A DNA stretch of 64,000 nucleotides from Blastocatellia bacterium (GTDB lineage Bacteria > Acidobacteriota > Blastocatellia > UBA7656). This document shows, one piece after another, positions 19,105-29,994 of this stretch (the first letter of the stretch is position 1; each line of letters starts with the position of its first letter). Under the pieces are notes generated by a model. It was given only the letters and a program-made list of their open reading frames with translations, was not told the DNA's origin and ran no database searches. Where the stretch lies: assembly GCA_963765495.1 (NCBI GenBank), contig CAVXWP010000012.1, positions 96,001-160,000 of the forward strand, read 5' to 3'. The position numbers were made by a program, and so were the translations under genes.

Positions 19105-20718
19105 ATGGAAAAGGGACTGCTCGCAATCATTCTGCACGCTCACCTGCCTTTTGTGCGCCACCCGGAGCACCCGGAGTTTCTGGAAGAAGAGTGGCTGTTT
19201 GAAGCCATAAGCGAGACCTACATCCCACTGCTTGAAATGTTTGAAAGCCTCGCCTCGGCGGTCGTGCCCGCGCGCATAACGATCGGGCTTACGCCCCCGC
19301 TGTGCGAGATGCTTTCAGACGAGTTGCTCAAAGGGCGCTATCTCGGGCACGTGTCGAAACTGATCGAGTTATCTGAAAAAGAGGTGCGGCGCACGGCGTA
19401 TCACCCGGAGATGAACGCCACGGCGCGGATGTACCTGAAACGTTTTCAAGCCGCGCGCCTTGCCTTTGATGATCGCTACAACTGCGACCTTCTGAAAGGG
19501 TTTCGCGCTCTGGCCGATGCCGGTGTGATTGACATAATCACTTCCTCTGCCACGCATGCGCTTCTCCCTTTGATAATCAGGCGCGAAGCCCGCCGCGCTC
19601 AGATAGAAGTAGGGCGGCAGAACTTTATCAAACATTTTGGGTGCGCTGCTCGCGGAATCTGGCTTCCCGAATGTGCTTATGAAACCAATCTGGACGAGTT
19701 GATCCGAGAGGCGGGGCAGAGCTTTTTCATAGCCGACGCGCACGCCCTAATGTTTGGCAGCCCGCGCCCGCGACTCGGCATATACGGGCCGGTCATAACG
19801 CCTGCGGGAGTGGCCGCGTTTGCCCGAGACATCGAAACCAGCCGCCAGGTATGGAGCGCGGAATCGGGTTATCCGGGCGACCCGGATTACAGGGAGTTCT
19901 ATCGCGACCTCGCCTATGATGCCGATTACGACTACATAAAACCCTATCTGCACCGGGATGGTGTGAGGCGTAATCTGGGCATCAAATATCATCGCGTAAC
20001 GGGCAAGATTGATCTGGGCCAAAAGGAATACTACGCGCCTGAGTGGGCGGCCCGTAAGGCCGCAATTCATGCCGAGCATTTTCTGTCGAGCCGGAAGGAT
20101 CAGGCTCTCCGCCTCGAATCTATTATGGATCGCAAGCCGATCATAGTTTCGCCCTACGACGCGGAGTTGTTCGGCCACTGGTGGTTTGAGGGGCCGCAAT
20201 TCTTAAATCACCTGATACGAAAGATTCATCTCGAAGAATCAAATATCAGGCTTGCGACCCCGCTCGATTATCTGGCGGAGTTCCCCGAAAATCAGCGCCA
20301 GCAGCCCGCTGCCTCTTCGTGGGGAGCCGAAGGCTACAATCGCGTGTGGATAAATGAGAAGACCCGGTGGATGTATAAACACCAGCATGTAGCCGAAGAC
20401 CGAATGATAGAGATGGCTCGGGCGCACCCTTCACCCGCAGGCGAGCTCCGGCGGGCGCTCAATCAGGCAGCGCGCGAATTGCTGCTGGCCGAATCCTCCG
20501 ACTGGGCCTTTATAATCACTACGGGCACGGCGGTCGAGTACGCCGAAAACCGATTCCGCGATCACATATATCGCTTCAACCGGCTCTACGAGATGATCGG
20601 GCAAAACCAGATAGACCGCGAGTGGCTCGGCCAGATCGAATCGCGCGACTCCATATTTCCAGAGCTTGATTATCGAACCGCCTACCTGACCGATGAAGAG
20701 CGCAAGCAGTTCGCATAA
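19105..20718 (+). CDS. GH57 1,4-alpha-glucan branching enzyme (DUF1957)
   Basis: HAHLPFV, EEEWLFEAISETYIP, GIWLPECAY, PYDAELFGHWWFEG, SSDWAFI. Confidence 0.94.
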   Translation: MEKGLLAIILHAHLPFVRHPEHPEFLEEEWLFEAISETYIPLLEMFESLASAVVPARITIGLTPPLCEMLSDELLKGRYLGHVSKLIELSEKEVRRTAYHPEMNATARMYLKRFQAARLAFDDRYNCDLLKGFRALADAGVIDIITSSATHALLPLIIRREARRAQIEVGRQNFIKHFGCAARGIWLPECAYETNLDELIREAGQSFFIADAHALMFGSPRPRLGIYGPVITPAGVAAFARDIETSRQVWSAESGYPGDPDYREFYRDLAYDADYDYIKPYLHRDGVRRNLGIKYHRVTGKIDLGQKEYYAPEWAARKAAIHAEHFLSSRKDQALRLESIMDRKPIIVSPYDAELFGHWWFEGPQFLNHLIRKIHLEESNIRLATPLDYLAEFPENQRQQPAASSWGAEGYNRVWINEKTRWMYKHQHVAEDRMIEMARAHPSPAGELRRALNQAARELLLAESSDWAFIITTGTAVEYAENRFRDHIYRFNRLYEMIGQNQIDREWLGQIESRDSIFPELDYRTAYLTDEERKQFA

Positions 20719-20750
20719 TATTAAATCTGGAATAAACCCGCCTTGTGCGT

Positions 20751-20902
20751 GGGCCATTCAGTTTTTAACCTACAGGCGATAGGCGAACACAATATCAAGG
20801 GTTGATTTGAAGCGAGGGCGAGATGAAAATAGGCCGCATCCGCGTCCGTCCCGGCCCATTTTCATTTTCCTATCCTACATTTTGGATAACCGAATGACCC
20901 TG
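20751..20902. mobile_element. MITE, internally deleted copy (inverted relative to 51549-51770)
   Basis: Aligns end to end with the reverse complement of 51551-51768 except for a central deletion of about 68 bp; ends gggccattcag / ccgaatgaccctg. Confidence 0.75.
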
Positions 20903-21010
20903 AATGACTACTGACTCCGTCGACCGTTTGTCTCCCGCGCCCGCTTTCAAAGCATACCCTCCGGCTGCTAGTATTTTGGTTTCCACCCTGCGGCACGCGC
21001 CGCGCCGGGG

Positions 21011-23026
21011 ATGACTGAGCAGGGAGTTGATCCGAATATGTTGATTCAAGAAGTTGTGCGCGAACGTCTGCGTTCGGCCATAAAAGAGCTTTTCGATATA
21101 GAGCTTACAGAAATTTCTGTGGAAGTGCCTCCGAAAACCGCGATGGGCGATCTGGCCTTCCCCCTGGCCTTCGAGCTTGCAAAGCGATTAAAAGCGGCTA
21201 CGGGGCAGAAACAGAATCCGAGAGACATCGCAATGCGTCTGGCCGAAGAGATGCGCGGTATCGAGGGGGTCGCCCGCGCAGAGGTGGCGGGCGCGGGATA
21301 CATAAATCTCTATCTCAACCGGACCGCTTATTTGCTCGACTCTGTGCGCGAGCCTGAACGCCTTGCGTCCACGCTTGGCGGCAAGATCATCGTTGAACAC
21401 ACTTCGGTCAATCCGAACAAGGCCGCCCACATAGGCCATCTGCGTAACTCCGTTCTCGGAGACACGACCGTCCGATTGCTTCGCGCCGGGGGCGAACAGG
21501 TGGAGGTGCAGAATTACATCGATAACACCGGGGTGCAGGTGGCCGATGTAGTCGTCGGATTCAAATTCGTGAACCCGAAAACCCTCGACGAGATCAAGGC
21601 CATAAGCGACAGGTTCGATTATTACTGCTGGGACCTTTATGCTCGCGTGGGCGGCTTTTATGAAGAGGATAAATCGCGACTCGCGCTGCGCGCCGACACT
21701 CTTCACGAAATCGAATCCGGCGAGGGCGAAACCTACGAGATGGCCGATTACATTTCGACTCGCATAGGTCGCTCTCACCTCGATACGATGCTCAGGTTGG
21801 GAGTCGAATACGACGTATTGCCGCGTGAATCCGATGTGCTTCACATGCATATCTGGGAGCGCGCCTTCGATCTTCTCAAAGCGCGCCACGCCATCGAATA
21901 CGAAACCGGAGGGAAGCTTTCGGGGTGCTGGGTCATGCGCTCGGGCGACGAGGGCGAAGAAGGCGCGGACGGCGAGAGCGAGCACGAAGCCGATAAGGTC
22001 ATAGTGCGCTCGAACGGGACCGTCACTTATACGGGCAAAGACATAGCCTTTCACCTGTGGAAGCTCGGACAGCTTGGAATCGATTTTTATTACAAGCCCT
22101 TTCACACCTACCCGGACCAAAACACGGTCTGGATAACGACATCAGACGCGAGCGAAAACGTGGCCGACCACCCGCAGTTCGGAAATGGTGCCGCCTTCTT
22201 CAATGTGATCGACATAGGCCAGTCCTACCCGCAGCATTACGTAAAGCTCGGCGTGATGGCCGTGGACCACGATCAGCGCGTAGAGCGAAGCGCCCACCTC
22301 GCATATGAAAAGGTGGTACTGACTCCGGCTTCAGCCGAGCAACTCGGGCAGACGCTTTCCGAAGAAGACCGGCAGCGCGGGGTCATAAGCATGTCGGGCC
22401 GCAAAGGGCTTGGAGTGAAGGCCGACGATTTGATAGATCAACTCGAAGCAAACGCGCTGGCGGAAGTCGCAGGCCGACACCCCGATCTCAGCCCGGAGGA
22501 CAAACAGGACGCGGCGCATAAAATCGCCGTAGGCGCGCTTCGTTATTTCCTTCTCAAATACTCGCGCACCTCGATAATCTCGTTTGACTTCAAAGAGGCG
22601 CTGGCCTTTGACGGAGAGACCGGGCCCTACATTCAATACTCGATTGTCAGGACCAATTCTATATTCCGAAAGCTCGAGGATGCGGGCATAAAGCAATCCT
22701 CGCTCGATGCGGAAGGGTTTTCGCGCGAGCAGATCGCCGAAGTTCTAAGCGGCGAGGACGGCGACGAGTTGTGGTCGCTCGTCTATCTTGCCACGCGGCT
22801 CGCGGAGACAATTCGTGGCGCGGTCGCGGCGCTCGAACCATCGGTGGTCGCCAAATGGGCGTTTCAACTCGCGCAGAGGTTCAATGTCTTTTATCAAAAA
22901 TATCACATCCTGTCGGAATCAGACCCGACGCGCCGCGAGGTGCTTGTAGCCATAACTTCAATCGTGCGGCGGCAGTTGGTCGCGGCGCTCGCGGTGCTCG
23001 GCATCGAAGCGCCTGAGCGGATGTGA
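21011..23026 (+). CDS. argS: Arginine--tRNA ligase
   Basis: [19 protein letters not shown] (HIGH), [23 protein letters not shown]. Confidence 0.97.
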   Translation: MTEQGVDPNMLIQEVVRERLRSAIKELFDIELTEISVEVPPKTAMGDLAFPLAFELAKRLKAATGQKQNPRDIAMRLAEEMRGIEGVARAEVAGAGYINLYLNRTAYLLDSVREPERLASTLGGKIIVEHTSVNPNKAAHIGHLRNSVLGDTTVRLLRAGGEQVEVQNYIDNTGVQVADVVVGFKFVNPKTLDEIKAISDRFDYYCWDLYARVGGFYEEDKSRLALRADTLHEIESGEGETYEMADYISTRIGRSHLDTMLRLGVEYDVLPRESDVLHMHIWERAFDLLKARHAIEYETGGKLSGCWVMRSGDEGEEGADGESEHEADKVIVRSNGTVTYTGKDIAFHLWKLGQLGIDFYYKPFHTYPDQNTVWITTSDASENVADHPQFGNGAAFFNVIDIGQSYPQHYVKLGVMAVDHDQRVERSAHLAYEKVVLTPASAEQLGQTLSEEDRQRGVISMSGRKGLGVKADDLIDQLEANALAEVAGRHPDLSPEDKQDAAHKIAVGALRYFLLKYSRTSIISFDFKEALAFDGETGPYIQYSIVRTNSIFRKLEDAGIKQSSLDAEGFSREQIAEVLSGEDGDELWSLVYLATRLAETIRGAVAALEPSVVAKWAFQLAQRFNVFYQKYHILSESDPTRREVLVAITSIVRRQLVAALAVLGIEAPERM

Positions 23027-23107
23027 TACGCAGTCGCGTTTGCCTGAGGTTATCGGGCAGGGTTATACAACTGATCGGGAAACGCGCGTGTAAGTCAGGA
23101 GAAATTT

Positions 23108-24133
23108 ATGCTTATCGTGATGAAGTCGGAAGCCACCCCGGAGCAGGTGGAAGAGGTGCTCAGAGTCATACGCGAACTCGGATTCAAGCCTCACGCGATG
23201 CCCGGCGCTACCCGCACCGCCATCGGAATTACGGGCAATCAGGGCGCGATTGATCCGGGGCACTTCGAGATACTGCCCGGCGTGGCCGAAGCCATCAAGG
23301 TTTCGAAACCTTATAAGCTGGTCAGCCGCGACCTCAAACACGAAGACACGGTCGTGCGCGTAGGAGACGCGGAAATAGGCGGGCCGGAGCCTGCCATAAT
23401 AGCCGGGCCTTGCGCGGTCGAATCCCGACAGCAGATTCTGGAGATAGCCGAGATCGTAGCCTCGTGCGGGGTGAAATTATTTCGCGGCGGCGCATTCAAG
23501 CCGCGCACTTCTCCATATTCGTTTCAGGGGCTGGGCGAAGAAGGGTTGAAGATACTGGCCGAAGCGCGTGAGAGATTCGGGCTGCAAATCGTAACCGAGG
23601 TATTAGACACCGATACCTTCGGTCTGGTCGAGAGCTACGCCGACCTGTTGCAAATAGGCGCGCGCAACATGCAGAACTTCTCGTTGCTCAAACGCGCGGG
23701 GCAATCACGCAAACCCGTGATGTTGAAACGGGGGATGTCGGCTACGCTTGAAGAATTGCTGCTGGCAGCCGAATACATAATGGCCGAGGGCAACTATCAG
23801 GTAATCCTGTGCGAGCGCGGCGTCCGCACATTTGCCGATCACACACGCAACACTCTGGATTTATCCATAGTGCCCGCGGTGCAGAACCGCTCTCACCTTC
23901 CAATCATAGTTGACCCGTCGCACGGCACGGGCAAGCGTCATAAAGTGATTCCGCTTGCGCGAGCAGCCGTAGCCGTAGGCGCAGACGGCATTATGGTGGA
24001 AGTTCACAACCATCCCGAGCAGGCGCTCTCGGACGGGCCACAGGCGCTTTTGCCTGAGATGTTCAAACAGATGATCGATGAGATTCGAGCCATCCACGCG
24101 GTACTGGCCGAAACCGAGGCAAGTTATGCGTGA
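23108..24133 (+). CDS. aroF: DAHP synthase type I-beta with N-terminal regulatory domain
   Basis: [39 protein letters not shown] motifs. Confidence 0.95.
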   Translation: MLIVMKSEATPEQVEEVLRVIRELGFKPHAMPGATRTAIGITGNQGAIDPGHFEILPGVAEAIKVSKPYKLVSRDLKHEDTVVRVGDAEIGGPEPAIIAGPCAVESRQQILEIAEIVASCGVKLFRGGAFKPRTSPYSFQGLGEEGLKILAEARERFGLQIVTEVLDTDTFGLVESYADLLQIGARNMQNFSLLKRAGQSRKPVMLKRGMSATLEELLLAAEYIMAEGNYQVILCERGVRTFADHTRNTLDLSIVPAVQNRSHLPIIVDPSHGTGKRHKVIPLARAAVAVGADGIMVEVHNHPEQALSDGPQALLPEMFKQMIDEIRAIHAVLAETEASYA

Positions 24134-24244
24134 ATCGTGAATCGTGAATCGTGATGCGTGATGCGTGACCGGAAGCGGGCGGCTCCTCGAATTGAAATTG
24201 CAAGTTTCACGCATCACGATTCACGATTCACGATTCACGATTCA
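24131..24244. repeat. Heptamer palindrome, GTGAATC/GTGATGC family
   Basis: 38-bp arms (24131-24168 / 24207-24244) with 2 mismatches; starts at the aroF TGA and ends 3 nt before the next ATG. Confidence 0.92.
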
Positions 24245-24247
24245 GCT

Positions 24248-25264
24248 ATGAAACTGATAGTCTTCAATGTCTCTAATTTCGAGCGCCATTCATTCGAATC
24301 GCTCAAGTCTGAGAAGGGCTGGGAAGTGCATTTGCTCGATGAGCGGCTGACACCTGATTTCGATCCGTCTCCCGAAATGCATACGGCCGAGGCCATCGCG
24401 GTCTTTGTAAACAATCCTGTAAACGAAGAGACGCTCTCGAAATTTCCTTCGTTGAAAGTAGTCGTGACCCGTTCGACCGGCTACGATCACATAGATGTCG
24501 AAGCCTGCCGCAGGCGTTCGATCCCTGTTTACTATGTGCCCGATTACGGGAGCGTGACGGTGGCTGAATACACACTCGCCTGTGTGCTTGCGCTCATCCG
24601 AAGACTGCGCCCGATGATCGAGCAAAGCATGCACGGAGCGTTTTCCCGCGAAAACCTCCGAGGCAATGATCTGGCCGGAAAGACCGTGGGGCTACTCGGA
24701 ACCGGAAAGATCGGGCGCGAAGTGGCGCGCAGGCTTGCGGCGTTCTCGGTCAGGATATTGCTTTATGACAAGTACCCGGATGAAGAGTTCGCTCGAAGCA
24801 TTCCGGGCGCTGAGTATTGCGATCTGGAAACCCTGTACCGCAAAAGCCACATCCTCACATTCCACCTGCCGTTAAACGCGGAGACCACGCACATCTTCAA
24901 TCGCGAGTCGCTCAGGCTTGTGCAGTGGAATGCCTTCCTGATAAACACCTCGCGCGGCCCGGTGGTCGAAACCGCAGCCGTGATCGAAGGACTGCGCGAG
25001 GGGCGGCTTGCGGGCGTTGCGCTCGACACCTTCGAGTCGGAAGAGGTGATCATGGAAGAGCAGTTTTTTGTGGCGGATTATTTGTCTCAATCCACTTTGC
25101 GAACGGCGCTTGCCACCTATCACCTGTTGCGAAGCGACCGGGTGATCCTCTCTCCTCATAACGCATACAACTCAGAGGAAGCTCTCCAGCGAATCATAGA
25201 TACCACGATTGAAAACCTCGAATCGTTTTTGATGGGCAGTGACACTCCAAACCGCCTGGCATAG
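24248..25264 (+). CDS. D-isomer-specific 2-hydroxyacid dehydrogenase (D-lactate dehydrogenase-like)
   Basis: RSTGYDHID, GLLGTGKIG, INTSRG, LDTFE.E, SPHNAY motifs. Confidence 0.9.
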   Translation: MKLIVFNVSNFERHSFESLKSEKGWEVHLLDERLTPDFDPSPEMHTAEAIAVFVNNPVNEETLSKFPSLKVVVTRSTGYDHIDVEACRRRSIPVYYVPDYGSVTVAEYTLACVLALIRRLRPMIEQSMHGAFSRENLRGNDLAGKTVGLLGTGKIGREVARRLAAFSVRILLYDKYPDEEFARSIPGAEYCDLETLYRKSHILTFHLPLNAETTHIFNRESLRLVQWNAFLINTSRGPVVETAAVIEGLREGRLAGVALDTFESEEVIMEEQFFVADYLSQSTLRTALATYHLLRSDRVILSPHNAYNSEEALQRIIDTTIENLESFLMGSDTPNRLA

Positions 25265-25297
25265 ATCGCGGCAGTGATCAGTGGACCCGGCCCCACT

Positions 25298-25336
25298 AAA
25301 AAAGGGGCCGGCTGCTTGCAAGCGACCGGCCCTCTT
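25298..25336 (-). terminator. Intrinsic terminator of the HYR-protein gene (possibly bidirectional)
   Basis: gggccgg ... ccggccc stem followed by T6 on the minus strand. Confidence 0.65.
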
Positions 25337-25389
25337 GAATTGTTATCTGCCTGATTCCTCAGACAGAATTTCGATCTTCGTTATACATG

Positions 25390-28300
25390 TTACGGAGCAG
25401 TGCAATTACAGGAGTTGTTGGCTATGTTGCTGTCTTTGAAATTACACAGCGTAGTGCCAACCGGCATCTGTAACGATGCCGCACCCGTAACCGGCTGATT
25501 TACATTCAACGGCGGTAACACCTGTATAGTCACCTTCTTCGTCGAGGTTGTGTGAGTTATGGTGATAAACCCGCCCGGCTTCTTCGTCACTGTTCCGGTC
25601 CCTGACACCGTCGTTGCCCCGCAGCAGAAGACATAATCTCCCGTTGTAGAGCTTGCCAGCACTACGTTGGCAGGGTTCGTATTATCTTCGATGCAGATGT
25701 CATAGACCGTCACATTAAACGTGCAGGTCGTGACGTTCCCGGCTGTATCTCTTGCCGTGCAGGTCACAGTTGTCACGCCTCGCGGGAAGGTAGTCCCAGA
25801 GGCGGGTGAACAGGTCACGGTCACGCCCGGGCAGTTGTCGGTAGCAACCGGCGTCGCATAGTTGACCACAGCGCCGCCCGAATTCGGATTCGGTGTGACG
25901 GCTGTGATATTGGCCGGGCAGGTGATCTGCGGGGCCTGTGTGTCCTTGACCGTCACTATGAATTTGCACGAGTTTCCGGCAGTAGTCGTGCAGGTGACGA
26001 CCGTGTTGCCTATGGGGAAGAACCCGCTCGATGGCGGCGTGCAGGTCACTACGCCGCAGGTTCCGCTTGTTGTCGGAGCCGGATAGTTGACTATTGCCCC
26101 GCACTGACCCGGAGTGTTATCCACAACTATTTTGCTCGGGCAGGTGATCGTGCACGCGCCGCAGGTTCCGCCGCCGTCCGTGTCACAGACCAGACCCGAA
26201 ACGGTAAGCGTATAGCTGGAACACCCCGCGCCCTGATTTATCTCGTGCACGTTGACAAGCAGTGTCGCGCCCGCCGGAACGGTTGACGAGAATGCGAGGG
26301 TCGGGGCCGGACTGTTACCCGGATCGCCCAGATAGTTTGTGCAGATATTGCTTGGAACGAAACTGTTCAGATACGCCGTGCTGATTATCGGGTTTGTGGC
26401 GCTCGGACAATTTGCCGTCAGCGTAATCGTCACGCAAGCATCCGTTGGACCGTTTGTGAACGAATAAAGATCGTATGATCTGTTTGTACCCGCTCCTATC
26501 GGACCCGGGCATACCTTGGGAATCAGACACGAACTGGCTACCCCGTTGCGCCCCATGCGACCGTCCTGCTGAAGGTCGTTTGAGTCGAGAGAACCGTTTA
26601 TGACGACATCGGCGCAGGTACAGGTCGTCAGGCTGAATGTGACCATGCTCGACCCGCCCCCGAATGTTACGGTCAGCGTGAAGTCAATCGGTGTGCCGCA
26701 CATAAAGCCGGGTGACGTGCTTACAGAGAAAGGCACTGTGTTTGTGGCGGTGGCGTCAATCGCCATGTTGGGATAGGGCGAATTCGGTTGCGTGATGGTG
26801 ACTCCCGGCGTGGAGGTCGAAAGCGTGGCCGAGACGTTTGTGGCCGGGGCGCATCCGATATTCTCTATCGTCACGTTCAGGTTATTGCACTCGTTGCGAT
26901 CAATAACTCCGTTTCCGTTTCCGCCCGATACGGCTGAAGAGACGTAACCCATATCCCCCACTCCATCGAGACAGGCGTTGAGCGTGGTCGTCTGACCATC
27001 GGTGATGGTTACGTTGAACGGGCCTGCCGGGGCGCAGCTACGGGGAATAGAGCTAATGGTAGCCGTATAACTGCCCGGCGCAAGCTTCATCGAATAGGTT
27101 CCGTTGGCAATCGTGGCGCTCGAATACCCGTTCGACGGCCCGCCGGAAACCTGTATCATCGCGTCTGAAATCGGCGCGCCGGAAGCGCACGCGGTGATCG
27201 TTCCCGCAAGCGTACCCTGCGCCGGGGTTGTGCAGCTTGTGAATTTGAAAGCGCCTATGCGCGTGTGCCAGTTGAACTGCGTAAGCCCGGCAGGGTAATA
27301 CTCGTTTGTATGCCAGAAGGTGCAGTCGTCGCTCGGGTCTATCATAGTCGAGGTATAATCGCCCCAGCGGTTGCCGCTTGCCTGTTGTGATCCGAGTCCG
27401 GCAAACATCGTGGCTTCGCCCTGAAGCAGACCGCCCGTCTCGTTAAAGGCCCGGCCCGCATACCTGATCGAGGGGAAAAGGGTCGTGCTCGAAGCGGAGT
27501 AGGCAACCGCGAGATTGCCCTGATTGTCAATGGCCGCGCTTCCCATCCAGCGGTTTGTGCCGGTCGAGCCGTTGCCCGCATCCGGCGAAAATGTAGCCTG
27601 ATCGTAAACCGCATACATGCCGCCGGGGGTTGATTTGCGGAACTCGTAATAGCGTATGCCCGCCTGATGCGTTGCCGCCGTGGTTCCCGCTCCGCCGCTC
27701 ACGTTTACGGTGTGAGTGGTCACAAGCGATTCTACGCCACCGCGATTGAAGTACTGCACGCGGTGCATCAAGCGGTCGCCGATTGAATCCAGGCGGTCGG
27801 CTGCAACCGAAGGCGCGGGCTGCTCGATGTCGGTCCTTCCATTCGGATTGCGCGGGTCGAAAGCCGCGACTGTGATCGGGCTTTCAGACCGCTCAAGGAA
27901 TGTGGAATTTGCCGGTGTAACCCAGTCCGCGTGGAAATTGAAGAGCCGGACCGCGTCGCCTTCCGGGTCGCCAAAGGTCGCCGAAGTGTAGATGGCAAAC
28001 ACATTCGGAGCGCCCGCAGGAGGCGGAAGCAATCCGTCGTGATCCGACGGAAGCATGCCGGAGGAAGAATCGCTGAAGTCTCCGTTTTGAAATTGGATTA
28101 TGCCGGCGGTCGGGTCTCCCACAAGCATCTTCGCGCGGTCGAAAGCGACAGCGCCTACGCCGACGAAACCGCCCCCCAGAAAGAATTCTCTGGTTGACAT
28201 GTAATAGCCGTCGGGCCACACGCCCAGATGCGGATAATCGGGGAAGTTGTTGCCGTCTACTATGAAATCATAGAGAAAGTATTCGCCGGTCGGGTCGCCG

Positions 28301-28965
28301 TTTTTAGAGATTGCCACGCACTCGTGGTAGGGCGGGGTGTTTGTAGCCGTGAAGGCGAACTGGCTGAGAAGCCATCTATCGGCAATGCGATCATAGAGCA
28401 CTACGGGGTCGCCGTCATTGATGAGCGCGCATATTCCGCCAAGAGGCGCAAATACATCGCTCATCAGAAAGGGCGGCGTCAGGGGGGTTCCCGTCTTGTT
28501 GTATATGCGAACCCTGTTGTTTACGGTTTCAACGATGTGGTTAGGGCCGACATCGGCGTTTGAATCGGACGGATTGACCAGCCCGAGGTTATCAACATCG
28601 GCCAGCCCTTCAAATGTCAGCGTGGGGCCGGGTATAACGTTTGGCGCATTGGGTTGTGAATGAAGCGCGGCATCGTGCGTGCGAAGCTCGGCTCCCGCCA
28701 CGGGCGTGCGTTCTATTTCGTCGTTCAATTCGTTGATCTCGGTACCTTCTTCGTCAGGCGAGGGAGAGATATGCCTCTGCGGAAAGCTGCGAACCGGGGG
28801 CGATACGGCGAAATTGACGGCATTGCTGAATTTGGGAACCATCTTTTGATTCCCTCCCTTTCCGCCGCCGCCGACACCGACACTCTTTTGGGCCTCGCCT
28901 GGCAGTATCCAGATGCCAAACACAAAGAAGACAATTACAGTGATAATTAATAGCCGGAACTTCAT
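25390..28965 (-). CDS. Large secreted Cys/Thr-rich protein with carboxypeptidase-regulatory-like and HYR domains
   Basis: Signal peptide; AGGAGG RBS; HYR motifs (ATDNC, SG..FP.G.T.VTC); RWGDY-containing beta-rich N-terminal domain. Confidence 0.85.
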   Translation of the reverse strand: MKFRLLIITVIVFFVFGIWILPGEAQKSVGVGGGGKGGNQKMVPKFSNAVNFAVSPPVRSFPQRHISPSPDEEGTEINELNDEIERTPVAGAELRTHDAALHSQPNAPNVIPGPTLTFEGLADVDNLGLVNPSDSNADVGPNHIVETVNNRVRIYNKTGTPLTPPFLMSDVFAPLGGICALINDGDPVVLYDRIADRWLLSQFAFTATNTPPYHECVAISKNGDPTGEYFLYDFIVDGNNFPDYPHLGVWPDGYYMSTREFFLGGGFVGVGAVAFDRAKMLVGDPTAGIIQFQNGDFSDSSSGMLPSDHDGLLPPPAGAPNVFAIYTSATFGDPEGDAVRLFNFHADWVTPANSTFLERSESPITVAAFDPRNPNGRTDIEQPAPSVAADRLDSIGDRLMHRVQYFNRGGVESLVTTHTVNVSGGAGTTAATHQAGIRYYEFRKSTPGGMYAVYDQATFSPDAGNGSTGTNRWMGSAAIDNQGNLAVAYSASSTTLFPSIRYAGRAFNETGGLLQGEATMFAGLGSQQASGNRWGDYTSTMIDPSDDCTFWHTNEYYPAGLTQFNWHTRIGAFKFTSCTTPAQGTLAGTITACASGAPISDAMIQVSGGPSNGYSSATIANGTYSMKLAPGSYTATISSIPRSCAPAGPFNVTITDGQTTTLNACLDGVGDMGYVSSAVSGGNGNGVIDRNECNNLNVTIENIGCAPATNVSATLSTSTPGVTITQPNSPYPNMAIDATATNTVPFSVSTSPGFMCGTPIDFTLTVTFGGGSSMVTFSLTTCTCADVVINGSLDSNDLQQDGRMGRNGVASSCLIPKVCPGPIGAGTNRSYDLYSFTNGPTDACVTITLTANCPSATNPIISTAYLNSFVPSNICTNYLGDPGNSPAPTLAFSSTVPAGATLLVNVHEINQGAGCSSYTLTVSGLVCDTDGGGTCGACTITCPSKIVVDNTPGQCGAIVNYPAPTTSGTCGVVTCTPPSSGFFPIGNTVVTCTTTAGNSCKFIVTVKDTQAPQITCPANITAVTPNPNSGGAVVNYATPVATDNCPGVTVTCSPASGTTFPRGVTTVTCTARDTAGNVTTCTFNVTVYDICIEDNTNPANVVLASSTTGDYVFCCGATTVSGTGTVTKKPGGFITITHTTSTKKVTIQVLPPLNVNQPVTGAASLQMPVGTTLCNFKDSNIANNSCNCTAP

Positions 28966-29124
28966 ATACGATCCTCCTGTAGATTCGAAGTTGTGGATAT
29001 ATCCGGATTTTGCGCCGGGCGTCGGGCCAGTTTGCCTGACCCGTGTTACTCTGAGAGGTTTATAGTTGAGAGTAAAGCGCCGGGCGGCGGATTACCTTGC
29101 GCTACTCTCCGGCTTTTCTGCTTT

Positions 29125-29601
29125 TCAACCGCATTTAAACACTCTCGGTGCTTTGCCGTGAGTGAGCGTAAATGTTCCGATCACCTCATCCGTGCCGGTG
29201 AGCGTAATCGTCACATTCATTTCATTTCCATCAATGCGGCCTCGGTATCGGGCCGGTTGCGCGTCGGACTCTTCGCCCTGACGCACCGGACCGGGGGATT
29301 CCTTTACATATGTTCCGATGACTTCGAAAGCTCCGCTTTCATCCGTTTCAAACTGCCGATCAATCGCGCCGTGAGCGCAATCAAATTCGATTGTGATGCC
29401 CTGATCGCCTACATCCATGCTTATGTGCTGGCCGCCCCACGATCCTGCCTCTATTTTGCTCATCTTGCTGCCTTCGGCGGGCGATGATGTTTGTCCGGGT
29501 TCGCGTATTGATCCACTTTTTTGACAGCTTCCACCCAAAACGAGGAGTAAAAGCATCAGGGCACTGGCGGAAAAAGAAAATTTCTTTAAGGCGTGATTCA
29601 T
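29125..29601 (-). CDS. Putative lipoprotein
   Basis: Signal peptide with LGGSC; G.WGG.HI...EFDCAHG motif. Confidence 0.65.
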   Translation of the reverse strand: MNHALKKFSFSASALMLLLLVLGGSCQKSGSIREPGQTSSPAEGSKMSKIEAGSWGGQHISMDVGDQGITIEFDCAHGAIDRQFETDESGAFEVIGTYVKESPGPVRQGEESDAQPARYRGRIDGNEMNVTITLTGTDEVIGTFTLTHGKAPRVFKCG

Positions 29602-29682
29602 AACGGCACATCTGAATTTCCTGATTCGTTCGGTTCCGGGTTTCAGGAAGACGTTAATCTGCTTGAATCTGAGGAGGGTCAG

Positions 29683-29762
29683 GCAATTCCCCGCAGCTTG
29701 CTGCGGCTCCATTTCCTCCCCTCTTGCGCGATACCTCGCAGCTTGCTGCGAGGAGCTTCATT
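29683..29762. mobile_element. Non-autonomous IS200/IS605-like palindromic mini-element
   Basis: Two hairpins CGCAGCTTGCTGCG (29691-29706, 29734-29753) with ends aattcccc.. and ..gcttcatt; no ORF between them. Confidence 0.6.
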
Positions 29763-29994
29763 CAGAGTCGCCGCCTCTTTCCGAGCCGCTTACAACAATT
29801 CAGAAAGGCCGGATAATTTTTTACCTGCTCATCGGATGATTGCGAGCGCTAAAAATTTTATAACTTCTTCAGCCGGTGGTTTGTATGTGCCTACAATCAA
29901 AAGACTGGCAGGTGCGATACTATCACAAAGCTATTCATTGTCAATCCGAAGCCACCCGTTTTTATCCAGAATGTATGGCACGGCTATTCAACTT

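Noticed and set aside
24158-24247. N-terminal extensions and small ORFs starting MMRD/MMRE (14211, 24158, 24217, 38767, 61739)
   Set aside because: They arise from GTG-ATG-CGT-GA in the repeat arms; homology to the protein families starts at the downstream ATG.
29976-29990. TGGCACGGCTATTCA as a sigma-54 promoter
   Set aside because: It lacks the -12 GC and has no credible downstream gene.
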